A DNA stretch of 64,000 nt, from assembly GCA_018648645.1 (NCBI GenBank), contig JABGQS010000013.1:2994-66993 (forward strand), given 5' to 3'. Source of the stretch: Clostridia bacterium. GTDB lineage: Bacteria; Bacillota; Clostridia; Christensenellales; SZUA-584. The position numbers and the translations under genes were made by a program. The notes beneath the pieces were generated by a model. It made no database searches. It was not told the origin of the DNA and saw only the letters and a program-made list of their open reading frames with translations. Positions 26,875-37,720 of the stretch are shown here, piece by piece; position 1 is the first letter of the stretch; every line of letters begins with the position of its first letter.

Positions 26875-28245
26875 ATGGAACATTTCAAAGCTTTAAATGA
26901 AAAAGAAGATAAAATGTTAGATGAACTATGTAAAAAATCAGAGGACAGCAGCTTTATTGACCCTGAGTTTTACAAAAAATATGAAGTAAAAAGAGGGCTG
27001 AGAGACATCAGCGGTAAAGGAGTGCTGGCCGGATTGACCGAGATCGGTGAAGTTCACTCCTATATTATCGACGAGAATGAAATCATTCCTGTAGACGGGA
27101 GATTGATATATCGCGGTATAGATATAAGCGATCTGGTTGAAGGCTTTTGGTCCGAGGATCGGTTTGGGTTCGAGGAAACAACCTATCTCCTTCTTTTTGG
27201 AGAGCTTCCGGATAAAGAAGAATTAGTCGATTTTGAAAAAATGCTCGCGAAATTCAGAAAACTTCCGGAAGGATTCGTTCGCGACATGATAATGAATGCT
27301 CCAAGTAAAGACATGATGAATGTGCTGGCAAGAAGCATTCTTTCCATGTATAGCTTCGATGACAATCCAGACGATATTTCAGTTAAGAATATATTGAGAC
27401 AAAGCCTTCAAATGATCGCATATCTGCCATTGATTGCGGTCTACGGGTATAAAGCTTATATGCACTATCATGGCAAAAGAAGTCTTAGCATAAGAGAGCC
27501 AAAACCGGGGCTAAGCACTGCTGAGAACATCTTAAGGATGCTGAGACCCGACAAACAATACACGAGACTCGAGGCAAAGATTTTGGATCTTGCGCTAGTA
27601 TTACATGCAGAACATGGCGGAGGAAACAATTCTTCCTTTACAACTCACGTTGTTTCATCTTCGGGCACAGATACATACTCGGCTATTGCTGCGGCGCTCG
27701 GGTCTCTAAAAGGTCCTCGGCACGGCGGAGCGAATATAAAAGTAACGCAGATGTTCGAAGAAATAAAAAGCAACGTTGAAGATTGGACAGACGATGAGCA
27801 AGTGTCCGCTTTTTTAGAAAAGATACTCAATAAAGAGGCATTTGATAAATCGGGTTTGATATATGGAATTGGACATGCTGTTTATTCTATATCTGACCCA
27901 AGGGCGCAGATTTTTAAAGCGCAGCTTAAACAGCTTGCAGCCGACAAGGGTATGGAAGATGAATTTAATCTTTACCTAAAAGTAGCAGACCTTGCACCCA
28001 AAGTGATTGGGAAAAAGCGGAAGATTTATAAAGGTGTAAGTCCAAATGTCGATTTCTATTCAGGATTTGTTTACAGCATGATGGGAATACCTCAGGAATT
28101 GTTTACACCAATATTTGCGCTGTCAAGGCTTGTCGGATGGAGCGCTCACCGTATCGAAGAAATCGTTAACAGAGGTAAGATAATAAGACCGGCATACAAG
28201 AGCATCGCAGAGAGGCGTACGTATAGCGCTATTAAAGATAGATAA
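26875..28245 (+). CDS. Citrate synthase
   Basis: GAAGGAG RBS. Motifs LHAEHGGGN, GPRHGGAN, GIGHAVY and the NVDFYSG region. Confidence 0.9.
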   Translation: MEHFKALNEKEDKMLDELCKKSEDSSFIDPEFYKKYEVKRGLRDISGKGVLAGLTEIGEVHSYIIDENEIIPVDGRLIYRGIDISDLVEGFWSEDRFGFEETTYLLLFGELPDKEELVDFEKMLAKFRKLPEGFVRDMIMNAPSKDMMNVLARSILSMYSFDDNPDDISVKNILRQSLQMIAYLPLIAVYGYKAYMHYHGKRSLSIREPKPGLSTAENILRMLRPDKQYTRLEAKILDLALVLHAEHGGGNNSSFTTHVVSSSGTDTYSAIAAALGSLKGPRHGGANIKVTQMFEEIKSNVEDWTDDEQVSAFLEKILNKEAFDKSGLIYGIGHAVYSISDPRAQIFKAQLKQLAADKGMEDEFNLYLKVADLAPKVIGKKRKIYKGVSPNVDFYSGFVYSMMGIPQELFTPIFALSRLVGWSAHRIEEIVNRGKIIRPAYKSIAERRTYSAIKDR

Positions 28246-28338
28246 TCATGGCTTTGGTGTAACAATTATTTTCCGGCTCTACAACTAATAGCCGACCTGA
28301 TTATCCGCATATCTATCTTAAGTCAAACTACCATAACA

Positions 28339-28369
28339 AACACCTTGAAATTTAAGGTGTTTTTTTTTA
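28339..28369 (+). terminator. Rho-independent terminator of citrate synthase
   Basis: AACACCTT-gaaattt-AAGGTGTT followed by T9. Confidence 0.85.
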
Positions 28370-28593
28370 TCGCATTGCTCCGCAAACATAAATCAAAGCC
28401 CAATTGGGCGCATTTTAGATAGCGCCTCCACAGGCTATTGGAAAGCCAATATCGCAACAAGTCCTTTACTCGATAGCCTATCAAACTTACCACAACACTA
28501 ACACCGCATGCGCTTAGAATGCCTAAGTTGCAATAAATATTCGATTTGCAAGTGTCAATATTTCACCAATGTAAAAGAATCGCATTTGTTTTA

Positions 28594-28622
28594 TTGACTT
28601 CATTAAACATTAAATGCATAAT
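28594..28622 (+). promoter_or_regulatory. Sigma-70-type promoter for the nagB-like/oxidoreductase pair
   Basis: TTGACT, 17 nt, CATAAT. Confidence 0.45.
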
Positions 28623-28675
28623 ATATATTATGGTCGATTAATGTGCTAAATGAAGCTTTCACCAGAAGGAGATAT

Positions 28676-29404
28676 ATGCTAAAAGTTTATTCCACAGAGT
28701 ATGATGCATCAAAATATTGCGCGGATACTTTGCAATGCGCGATAGAGAAAAATCCACACCTGACAATCTGCCTTGCTGCAGGGCATACATCATTGGCGTT
28801 TTTCGATATTCTTATAGAAAGAGGCAGGCAAAAGAAAATCGATTTTTCTAATGTTTGCGTGGTGGGCTTGGATGAATGGGTAGGTCTCTCGGGCAAAGAT
28901 GACGGCAGCTGCGAAAACTTCCTGCGAGAAAACATCTTTAACCATATTAATGTTAACGAGAACAATATTAGGCTGTTTGACGGCAAAGCTGCCAATCTTG
29001 AACATGAGTGCAGGCAAATTGACCAGTTCATCAAGGGCAACGGCGGTATAGATTATTTGCTGTTGGGGATGGGAATGAACGGGCATTTGGCATTGAACGA
29101 GCCGGGGGTGGACGAAAGTAAAACTTCTCATGTTGCGGTGCTTGACAGCGTCACAAAAACTGTTGCTGACAAATACTTTAAAGAAACGCCGGACATTACA
29201 GAGGGAATAACACTCGGGATCAAAAATATTGTGGCTGCAAAGAAAATACAACTGCTGATAACAGGTGAAAGAAAAAGAGAAATAGTTAGCAAATTAATTA
29301 TGGAGGAGCAAACCAATATGCTGCCCGGTTCGCTGCTGAAAAAAGTTAAACACGCAGAGTTTGTTTTAGACAGCGAAGCATCAAGTTTACTAAATATTAA
29401 ATAA
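28676..29404 (+). CDS. Glucosamine-6-phosphate deaminase-like protein (NagB / 6-phosphogluconolactonase superfamily)
   Basis: GAAGGAG RBS, then ATG 28676. Motifs LAAGHTS, GLDEWVG, LLGMGMNGHLALNEPG (closer to NagB than to Pgl). Confidence 0.75.
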   Translation: MLKVYSTEYDASKYCADTLQCAIEKNPHLTICLAAGHTSLAFFDILIERGRQKKIDFSNVCVVGLDEWVGLSGKDDGSCENFLRENIFNHINVNENNIRLFDGKAANLEHECRQIDQFIKGNGGIDYLLLGMGMNGHLALNEPGVDESKTSHVAVLDSVTKTVADKYFKETPDITEGITLGIKNIVAAKKIQLLITGERKREIVSKLIMEEQTNMLPGSLLKKVKHAEFVLDSEASSLLNIK

Positions 29405-29416
29405 GGAGAATACATT

Positions 29417-30499
29417 ATGGAAAAAACAAAAGTTGCGATTTTAGGATGCGGGTTTATTGCAAATATCCATATGGAAAGCTATAAGAGATTTGTGCCCGAT
29501 GCGCAGGTTGTTGCGGTTTATGGGCGCAGCGAAGAGAAAGCCAAAGCGTTTGCAAAGGAGCATGGGATAGGGGAGTGCTACAGCGATTTGGACGCTCTTT
29601 TGCAGATGTGCGACTGCGAAGTGGTGGACATTTGCATTCCGAACTACGCGCACTACGAAGCGTGTATTAAAAGCGCAAAAAGCAAGAAACACATTATCAT
29701 TGAAAAGCCTTTAGCGCTTACATTGGAGCAGGCGGACGAAATGATAGAGGTCTGTAAAAGCAACGAGCGAAAACTTATGTATGCCGAAGAGCTATGTTTT
29801 GCACCCAAATACGAAAGGGTTAGAGGCCTCGTTAAATGCGGCGCTGTCGGCGATATCTATATGCTAAAGCAGGCAGAAAAGCATTCGGGACCGCACAGCA
29901 GGTGGTTCTATGAAGAGGATTTGGCAGGTGGTGGAGTGCTAATGGACATGGGATGCCACGCACTTGCTTGGTTTCGTTGGATTCTCGGAGGCAATCCAAA
30001 GGTCATAAGCGTTTATGCTTCTATGTCCACGGTAATGCACGATACCAAGTGTGAAGACAATACTGTATTGCTGGTAGAGTTTGAAAACAATGTGCTCGCT
30101 ATCGCCGAGGACAGTTGGGCAAAGCATGGCGGCATGGACGATAGAATAGAGGTTTACGGCAGTAAAGGCGTTTCGTATGCTGACCTTTTTCGCGGCAACA
30201 GCGCGCTAACATACAGCCTAGACGGTTATGATTACGCCATGGAGAAAGCAGGTTCTTCAAAAGGTTGGAGCTTTACGGGTTATGAGGAAGCGTTCAACCA
30301 AGGGTATCCTCAGGAACTTGCGCATTTTATCGAGTGCGTGCGCAAAGACTTAACGCCAAAAGTTACCGGCGAGGACGGCAGGGCAGTTTTGGGAATGATT
30401 TATGCTGCATACGAGTCAGCAAGAACGGGTAAAAAAGTATCGCTTCCGTTTTCTGCAAAGGTATCAAAACCAATTGATTTGTGGCATAAAGAAGGCTAA
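29417..30499 (+). CDS. Gfo/Idh/MocA-family NAD(P)-dependent oxidoreductase
   Basis: AAGGAG RBS. Rossmann KVAILGCGFIANIH and EKPLALT motif. Confidence 0.85.
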   Translation: MEKTKVAILGCGFIANIHMESYKRFVPDAQVVAVYGRSEEKAKAFAKEHGIGECYSDLDALLQMCDCEVVDICIPNYAHYEACIKSAKSKKHIIIEKPLALTLEQADEMIEVCKSNERKLMYAEELCFAPKYERVRGLVKCGAVGDIYMLKQAEKHSGPHSRWFYEEDLAGGGVLMDMGCHALAWFRWILGGNPKVISVYASMSTVMHDTKCEDNTVLLVEFENNVLAIAEDSWAKHGGMDDRIEVYGSKGVSYADLFRGNSALTYSLDGYDYAMEKAGSSKGWSFTGYEEAFNQGYPQELAHFIECVRKDLTPKVTGEDGRAVLGMIYAAYESARTGKKVSLPFSAKVSKPIDLWHKEG

Positions 30500-30578
30500 A
30501 CCTGGTTGGAATAAGAATAAAACCATAATTTATCTAGCCGTGCCAACGATAAATCGCATCGACACAATACATAATCAA

Positions 30579-31214
30579 TTACAGATACTTCAGCAAATCA
30601 GACAGTTTACCGAGCGAATATGTCGCAGGTGCATAATCGGCGGCGTCTCCAATGGCTGCGCAGTCCATATTGACTGATTTCGCAGCGTCCACACCGGCTT
30701 TCGCATCCTCGACCACAATGCACCACGGCGGATCAATATCTAAGTATTCGCTTGCCAAAAGAAAAACCTCTGGGTCCGGCTTTGTCCTTGTGATATTAGT
30801 GCCGTCAGAAATCGCTTCAAAGAAGCTGAAGAGACCGATTTTATGCAGTATCATTTTAGCGTTTTGACTGGACGAGCCGATGGCCATTTTTATCCCGCGC
30901 GCCCTTATTGCGCTTAGCGTGCTCATCACATCGGGGTCAACGTCAAGCGGTGTCATTGCGTGGAGCAGATCCACATAAATGCTGTTCTTCTTGTCTGTAT
31001 AAAAGAGCTTTTCGTCCTCGCTCATCGCTTTATCATAATTTTCGAGTATAATATCAAAGCTTTGCATTCGCCCAACGCCGCGAAGCCGGTTGTTTATATC
31101 CTCGTTAAATATAATGCCGAGCTCGTCGGCAATTGTTCTCCACGCTTCGTAATGGTACTGGTCTGTGTGGCATATCACGCCGTCCAGATCGAGTATTACT
31201 GCTTTATACTTCAT
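30579..31214 (-). CDS. pgmB: Beta-phosphoglucomutase (HAD superfamily)
   Basis: DLDGVICHTD nucleophile motif; C-terminal VVEDAKAGVDAA. Sits 21 nt downstream of the GH65 gene. Confidence 0.85.
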   Translation of the reverse strand: MKYKAVILDLDGVICHTDQYHYEAWRTIADELGIIFNEDINNRLRGVGRMQSFDIILENYDKAMSEDEKLFYTDKKNSIYVDLLHAMTPLDVDPDVMSTLSAIRARGIKMAIGSSSQNAKMILHKIGLFSFFEAISDGTNITRTKPDPEVFLLASEYLDIDPPWCIVVEDAKAGVDAAKSVNMDCAAIGDAADYAPATYSLGKLSDLLKYL

Positions 31215-31235
31215 CTATTGCTACGCTCCATTTGC

Positions 31236-33515
31236 TTATGCCATTTTAATCGTCAACTTGCTTTCCAGCAAATGCTCTTTGCCATACACTGTGAGGCTCA
31301 CAGCTTTGCCATTTTCCAGATAGAACTTGCACTTTTCCTTGCCCACGTGGATTGCGATGCGTCTCTCATCATAGCATATACTGAACCGATATCCCGTCCA
31401 GCGCTTGGGGAGCATCGGCGCAAAACATATGCCACTCTCTTTGAGACGAAACCCGCCGAATCCATACACAATAGCCATATAGTTTCCGCCCATGTTCGCC
31501 GTGTGTATTCCATCCTTTGTGTTTCGATGCAAGTCCAGCAAATCCAGCTTTGTCGAGCTTCCGAAATACCTGAACGCTTTGTCCCTCTGCCCGATTTTTG
31601 CCGCCACAATGCTGAAGATACAGCCGGACAGCGACGAGTCGTGCGTTGTGCACTTCTCATAGTAGTTAAACGAGTTTCGCATGGTCTCAAGCGACTGCGC
31701 GTCCTCCAGTATAAAATGAGCAAGCACGGTATCCGGCTGTTTGCAAACCTGATAGCGGTACAAGTGGAGCGGATGGTAATGCAAAAGCAGCGGAAAGTTT
31801 CGCTTTGGAATCGTCGCGATATCCCATTGCTTCTTTTGCAGAAACGAATCATCCTGCGGGTTGATTTTCAATTTCTCGTCGTAAGGCAGATACATTTTTG
31901 CCGCAGCTTTTTTAAACTCGCTTATTTCCTCATTCCGCAGCTGTATTTTCTTTTGCATTCGCTTAAACGCGGGCAGCTTTCTTAAGCTGTAGTACAGCTT
32001 TGCCGCCCACTGCAAATGGTATTGCGCAATCGCGTTGGTGTAATAGTTATTGTTGACAAGGCATGTATACTCATCAGGTCCGGTCACATCATTGATATGA
32101 AACGCTCCTTTATAGAAATTACCCGCATCCATCCAAAGTCGCGCCGTTTCAAATATAATCTCTGCACCCTCGCTCGCGATGAAATCAACATCCTTCGTAG
32201 CCAGATAATACTTAACAATCGAATGGGCGATATCGCCGTTTATATGATACTGCGCCGACCCCGCGGGGAAATACCCCGAGCACTCTTTACCCATAATCGT
32301 GCGCCACGGGTACAGCGCGCCTTTTTTGTGCCCCAACCTGCACGCATTCTCCTTTGCCATCTCCAGCGTCTCATACCTGTTCGAAATCAGCTTTTTGCTG
32401 ATGCTGGCGTTGGTAACCGTGAAAAACGGCTGTATATACATTTCCGAATCCCAAAAATACTGCCCTTCATACCCTTCACCGCTAAGCCCCTTTGGACCAA
32501 TGTTTCCGTGCTCGTCCTTGCTGACCGACTGTATCATTTGAAAAAGGTTGTATTTCAGCGCGGTGTTCAGCTCGTCGTCCCCTTCAATCTCAACGCGACA
32601 GTTCGCCCAATACTCAGACAAGTAATCCGCTTGAAGCTGATACAGCTCGCTAAGTGAAACAGACAACGCTTGTTTCATCTGCGCGGCCGCGTGCGCGCTG
32701 ACATCGCTGACCCTAAGCGAGTCTGCAAACACGCAATACTTAATAAGCTTCGCCGTTTCGCCCGACTGCATAGACGTTACCATCTGACAAAGCGCGTTGT
32801 TATCGTCAACAATAAACTGTCGTTCGCTCTCGCCGGACAATAGATTTTTAACGCAGCTGCAAACCTCAAGGTTTGATTTCGAAGTTTTCGCCGTGATATA
32901 CGAAGCGCCGTACTTTATGTTGCACGAATTGGGTTGTAGATAATGAAACCCTTCATCCGCAGTTCGCGGATCAGCCGGGTCGAAGTAGTTGGTCACCTTG
33001 CCGTTGTGGTACGATTCGATCATCACATCGCCGGTGAAGTTTATAGACTTTATCAGAATTTCGATAGTGAACAGCGACAACTGATGAAACGACGCCATCC
33101 GTATTATCGTGATATCCACCTCTTTACCCTGCGGGCTGCGCCAAACAACATGCCTGCCGGTAGTGCCCTTTTCCATGTCGACCCATCGCCTGCTTTTGAT
33201 AACGGTGCCTTCAAACATGCTGAACACCTCGTTGTCAAAGTGTATCAGTATCGTTTGCGTATCCGCCACGTTCAGCATGGTCTGTTTTTCCTGCACCAAT
33301 CCATAAAGGTTTTCCGCCTGCTTGGCTTGCGAGAAGTCGTAGAACCCGTTGATATACTGTCCGCGCACCGAGGAGTAGCCCTGCGGATACCCTTCCTCAA
33401 AAGCGCTGCGCACTCCAATATACCCATTCGCATTATGAAACAAAGATTCATTGAGCAAAAGGCTGTCGTTATCGAGTTTGATATCGCTGCTTACGTAAAT
33501 TACATTTTTGTCCAT
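31236..33515 (-). CDS. GH65 family alpha-glucoside phosphorylase (maltose/trehalose/kojibiose-phosphorylase type; specificity not determinable)
   Basis: 759 aa from ATG 33515 (GAGGGA RBS); the listed ORF extends into the upstream gene. Central (alpha/alpha)6 region with ...GPDEYT... and GGNYMAIVYGFGG, typical of GH65. Confidence 0.85.
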   Translation of the reverse strand: MDKNVIYVSSDIKLDNDSLLLNESLFHNANGYIGVRSAFEEGYPQGYSSVRGQYINGFYDFSQAKQAENLYGLVQEKQTMLNVADTQTILIHFDNEVFSMFEGTVIKSRRWVDMEKGTTGRHVVWRSPQGKEVDITIIRMASFHQLSLFTIEILIKSINFTGDVMIESYHNGKVTNYFDPADPRTADEGFHYLQPNSCNIKYGASYITAKTSKSNLEVCSCVKNLLSGESERQFIVDDNNALCQMVTSMQSGETAKLIKYCVFADSLRVSDVSAHAAAQMKQALSVSLSELYQLQADYLSEYWANCRVEIEGDDELNTALKYNLFQMIQSVSKDEHGNIGPKGLSGEGYEGQYFWDSEMYIQPFFTVTNASISKKLISNRYETLEMAKENACRLGHKKGALYPWRTIMGKECSGYFPAGSAQYHINGDIAHSIVKYYLATKDVDFIASEGAEIIFETARLWMDAGNFYKGAFHINDVTGPDEYTCLVNNNYYTNAIAQYHLQWAAKLYYSLRKLPAFKRMQKKIQLRNEEISEFKKAAAKMYLPYDEKLKINPQDDSFLQKKQWDIATIPKRNFPLLLHYHPLHLYRYQVCKQPDTVLAHFILEDAQSLETMRNSFNYYEKCTTHDSSLSGCIFSIVAAKIGQRDKAFRYFGSSTKLDLLDLHRNTKDGIHTANMGGNYMAIVYGFGGFRLKESGICFAPMLPKRWTGYRFSICYDERRIAIHVGKEKCKFYLENGKAVSLTVYGKEHLLESKLTIKMA

Positions 33516-33526
33516 AGATCCCTCAT

Positions 33527-35725
33527 TTATATACCAAATCCTCTGTCTTCCGTTAGCTTTTTCAGCAGCGTGCGCATCGACTTCCACGACTTCAACCGAT
33601 ACTTAGCATTCGTGCTGCCCGCCCCAATTTTAACCGAGTAGGCACTCTGAGGCAAAGCAGCAAAAAGGTCTTCGTCCGTATGGTCATCGCCCGCGCCCAG
33701 TATAAAATCGTAGTTCTTGTTCTGCAAGAAGAGTGTAGCACTCTGCCCTTTGTCAACGCGGCTGTCCTTCACTTCAAGCACCTTGCTGCCCTCTTGAATC
33801 CCAAGGCTCATCGATTCGGTCACGCTGCTCAGAGCTGCCCGAACCTCACCCAGCTTTACCGAAACCATGTCCGGCTCGCATTGGCGATAGTGAAAAGCCA
33901 GCGAATAATCCTTCTCCTCTATCAGCGCGCCAGGCATTCTGTCCACATACATTTGCATGATACCGGAAACAGTCTCTTTCCAGCTGTTTTCCAATGCGGC
34001 GGTAATCGCCCATTTGCCGTCTTGTTCGCGGCGCCAAAGTCCGTGAGCAGCAAGCATATGCATCCGCAAATCTCCCAGCCACTCTTCCAGCGTATGCCGG
34101 TCTCTGCCCGAAACGATAACCACTGTGTTCTTTGGGTCCTCGGTCAGCTTGAAAAGCAGCTTTTTCAGCTCGGAATCGGGCTTGGCTTTTTGCGGTATAG
34201 ATTTGAAGCCAACCAACGTTCCGTCATAATCAAGAAAAATAATCCGCGTGCTCGCTTTAAGATACGCATCCACAATTATTGAGTTGTTCTTTTCTATATT
34301 GCGGGTCACCATTTGCTCTGATGCCATGACAGGCTGATCAATCGCTTTGATAAACTCATCTGCCCAAAACTGTACATTATAGCGCTTCAGCCTTTTGTGC
34401 AGTATGCTGTTGATTGCCTTTTTCTCTTCAATCGGCATATCCAGCGCCGTTTTGATACCCTCGGATATCGCAAAGCTGTCGTTTGCATTAACCACAACCG
34501 CTTCCCCAAGCTCGCTCGCCGCACCGGCTGTTTCGCTGATTACAACCATACCTTCCTGATCCGTTCTGGCGGCGATATACTCTTTGGCGACAAGGTTCAT
34601 ACCGTCGCGCAGCGGAGTCACCAGCAACACGTCTGAACCTTTATATAATGCGATCAGGCTTTCCTGCGAAAAGCTTTGGAAGTAATACCAAATCGGCATC
34701 CAATCTACCGTCCCATGCTTCCCGTTTATCTCGCTCACCAGCTCTGCAATCTCGCTGCGCAGGTCCTCGTATGAATCCACCGCGATCCGAGACGGCGCAA
34801 CTATAAGATGAAACCGCACTTTGCCGAGGTGCTCGGGATACCTGCACAAAAACTCATCGAACGCACGTATCCGCTCCGGAATACCTTTGGTATAATCAAG
34901 CCTGTCTATCGAGAGTATAACCTTCTCGCCTATTGTACTTTTCTCAATCTGATGCGCTTCGCTTTCAAACTGCTGAGTATTATACTCCATTACAAAGCGG
35001 TCATAATCAATACCCATCGGAAACGCGTCCACCTGCACATAGCGGTCATCGTACGTGATCCTGTTCAGATTGTTCTCGTATCCCAGCAGCCTGCGCACAC
35101 TGCTCAAAAAATGCCGCACATAATCGTACGTATGAAAGCCTATCAGATCCGCGCCAAGCAAACCGTGCAAAATCTGATCGCGCCAGACCAAAAGCCGATA
35201 CACCTCGAATGAAGGAAACGGTATGTGCAGAAAAAATCCGATTTTGGCGTTTGGAAACTTGTCTTTTATCATCTCTGGCAGCAGCATAAGCTGGTAATCG
35301 TGTATCCAGATTGTGTCGTCCTCGCTGATTATCGAAACGACCTTATCAAAAAATCGACGGTTCACATCTTGATACGCTTCCCACAACTCCTCCTCGTATT
35401 CGGTCTTGTTTATGAAGTAGTGAAACAGCGGCCAAATAGTCTTGTTGCAAAACCCATAGTAGAACATCTCTACATCGCATTCGCTTAGAAACACGGGCAG
35501 ACATTTGTACTTCTTCTCAAGTTCTTTGGCCAGCTTCTCCTGCGCTCGCGTGTCAAGCGTGTCGCTGGGTACTCCCGGCCAGCCTATCCACACGTTATCC
35601 GTATTATCGTGATAGTTCTTCAGCCCGGTGGCAAGCCCGCCTATGCTTTTCTCATAGGCAAAATCATCGCCCTCTCTTTTAACCGTTATCGGTAGCCTGT
35701 TAGAAATAAATATTGTCTTACTCAT
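33527..35725 (-). CDS. Bifunctional trehalose-6-phosphate synthase (GT20) / trehalose-6-phosphate phosphatase fusion
   Basis: GGAGGGG RBS, then ATG 35725. N-terminus IFISNRLP...GGLATGL (GT20). C-terminal HAD domain IIFLDYDGTLV...GDDHTDEDLF. Confidence 0.85.
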   Translation of the reverse strand: MSKTIFISNRLPITVKREGDDFAYEKSIGGLATGLKNYHDNTDNVWIGWPGVPSDTLDTRAQEKLAKELEKKYKCLPVFLSECDVEMFYYGFCNKTIWPLFHYFINKTEYEEELWEAYQDVNRRFFDKVVSIISEDDTIWIHDYQLMLLPEMIKDKFPNAKIGFFLHIPFPSFEVYRLLVWRDQILHGLLGADLIGFHTYDYVRHFLSSVRRLLGYENNLNRITYDDRYVQVDAFPMGIDYDRFVMEYNTQQFESEAHQIEKSTIGEKVILSIDRLDYTKGIPERIRAFDEFLCRYPEHLGKVRFHLIVAPSRIAVDSYEDLRSEIAELVSEINGKHGTVDWMPIWYYFQSFSQESLIALYKGSDVLLVTPLRDGMNLVAKEYIAARTDQEGMVVISETAGAASELGEAVVVNANDSFAISEGIKTALDMPIEEKKAINSILHKRLKRYNVQFWADEFIKAIDQPVMASEQMVTRNIEKNNSIIVDAYLKASTRIIFLDYDGTLVGFKSIPQKAKPDSELKKLLFKLTEDPKNTVVIVSGRDRHTLEEWLGDLRMHMLAAHGLWRREQDGKWAITAALENSWKETVSGIMQMYVDRMPGALIEEKDYSLAFHYRQCEPDMVSVKLGEVRAALSSVTESMSLGIQEGSKVLEVKDSRVDKGQSATLFLQNKNYDFILGAGDDHTDEDLFAALPQSAYSVKIGAGSTNAKYRLKSWKSMRTLLKKLTEDRGFGI

Positions 35726-36161
35726 GATTTCCCCTCCAATATTGGGTGAGTATTTGGTGCTCATGCTTCGCTTGTCCTCTGTGCATTCGTATTACAAAAT
35801 CTTTTTACCACTAATAATTAAAAACACCCCAACTCATATTAGAGTTAAGGTATCTGCGCTCTAAATAAAGTTTTCCGGGGATAAACTTTAGCCGATTTGC
35901 CAAAAGACACCGTTGTATAAGACGGTTCAAAACGCTAACTTACATGGCCGCAAAGGCTACTGTTTACCTTAATATTATTATATATGTTTTTAGTTCTATG
36001 TCAAACTTTAGGCTTGCTTTCTTGGGTGGGGTCTGCGTTAATCGTAAAAAAGACAAAATTGTGTTAAAATGGATGTACAACCAAGTGCATCGCATATGAT
36101 TCTCTATCAAACTTATACGTTGCCTTTATTTTCAAGCATATAGGCAGCGCGGGAGGAAATT

Positions 36162-37625
36162 ATGAATATATCCAAATTTACAATTCTTCATTCGAACGAT
36201 ATGCACGGCGACTTTTTGGCAGAAATGAACGAAGGCGGCGGAAAACTCATCGGCGGCGTTTCGCTGCTGTCGGGATATCTGAACAAAGTAAGGAGCGAAG
36301 TCGAGAACGTCATCTACGTAATCTCCGGAGACATGGTTCAAGGCTCTTTGATAGACTCGGAGTATAAAGGTATTTCAACAATCGAGATTATGAACTATTT
36401 ATCGCCCGATGTGGTGACGCTCGGGAATCACGAGCTGGATTATGGTCTGCCGCACCTGCTGTTCCTCGAAAAAATGGCAAACTTCCCAATCGTCAATTCA
36501 AATCTATACATCAAAAAGTATGGCAAACGATTGATGAGACCATATCTTATACTCAGAAAAGCCGGATGCAACATCCTATTTACCGGTGTCATAACCGAGA
36601 AAATCATGGACACACTTTCACGAGCGCATCTTATAGGGACGTTCATCGCGCTCGAAGACGCGGCAACCGAAATCGGCAAAATCTGCAACTCATACAGAGA
36701 CAGCGACATGGACTTAACGATTGCTCTTACACACATTGGGCTGGGTTTTGACAAGAAACTAGCGGCGATGCTCGACCCTGACTGGGGCGTCGACATGATA
36801 ATTGGGGGTCACTCGCATTCAATCCTAGAGCAGCCCGAGCAAGTTAACGACATCCTTATAACTCAAGCAGGCACAGGCACCGACTATATCGGAAGATTTG
36901 ACATCAGCGTAGACACCGACACCAACACAATTGCCGAGTGGAATTGGGAGCTCGTGCCGATTAACGACACTACCGCGCAGCCCGACAAGGAACTCGAGGC
37001 GTTCATACACACTTTTAAAGACGAAGTGGATGCCAAGTATAACAGTGTTGTTACGCGCTTCTCTCAAAAGCTTTTTCATGCCTGCCGAGAGGAAGAGACG
37101 ACTCTTGGTAACCTCGTTGCCGATATTTTGTCAGACGTATCAAGCGCAGACATTGTGATGGTGGGTTCGGGCTCAATTCGCCAAAAAAAGCTGGGGCCTG
37201 TAGTCACTTTGGGCGATTTGAAAGCGTGCTTCCCTTTCGAGGACAGTTTAAGCAAATACTACGTCAGCGGCAAATCATTTTCGCGGATGATAAGCCACAT
37301 AATGCGCATCGAAAACAGAAACGGCGAAGGCGAATTCTATCAGTTCAACAACGGTATTGAAATTGTTTATTCGGACACGAAGAAAGAGGTCATCTCAATA
37401 AAAGTCGGAGGAGAGAGTTTGATAGATGACCAAATATACAGCATTACGCTGCAAGGCTTTCATTACTTAAACTCAAAAGAGTACCTAAATATAACGAACG
37501 AGGAATTGTTGTCGCACAAAAAACCCATTCCGATATCCACATCCCAATATCAGGTTCTCGAGGAATGGCTGAGAAATCATCCGAACGAATCCAGAAAAAT
37601 CGAGGGTCGAATAGTCTTTGTTTAG
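36162..37625 (+). CDS. Bifunctional metallophosphatase / 5'-nucleotidase-family protein with no signal peptide
   Basis: GGGAGGA RBS. Motifs ILHSNDMHGD, GDMVQG, GNHELD, GGHSH. Confidence 0.8.
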   Translation: MNISKFTILHSNDMHGDFLAEMNEGGGKLIGGVSLLSGYLNKVRSEVENVIYVISGDMVQGSLIDSEYKGISTIEIMNYLSPDVVTLGNHELDYGLPHLLFLEKMANFPIVNSNLYIKKYGKRLMRPYLILRKAGCNILFTGVITEKIMDTLSRAHLIGTFIALEDAATEIGKICNSYRDSDMDLTIALTHIGLGFDKKLAAMLDPDWGVDMIIGGHSHSILEQPEQVNDILITQAGTGTDYIGRFDISVDTDTNTIAEWNWELVPINDTTAQPDKELEAFIHTFKDEVDAKYNSVVTRFSQKLFHACREEETTLGNLVADILSDVSSADIVMVGSGSIRQKKLGPVVTLGDLKACFPFEDSLSKYYVSGKSFSRMISHIMRIENRNGEGEFYQFNNGIEIVYSDTKKEVISIKVGGESLIDDQIYSITLQGFHYLNSKEYLNITNEELLSHKKPIPISTSQYQVLEEWLRNHPNESRKIEGRIVFV

Positions 37626-37720
37626 CAGCGCAAAGAGAGTATTCAATTCAAATAACGCCGGCCATATTGCTCAAAGTATTAGGCGATGTTATTCATAGCA
37701 CCGTGCTTTATGAATAGGCA

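Noticed and set aside
30960-31985. A 341-aa + strand ORF spanning the pgmB/GH65 junction.
   Set aside because: It is antisense to two well-supported genes and crosses their intergenic gap. It has no recognisable motifs and a biased composition.
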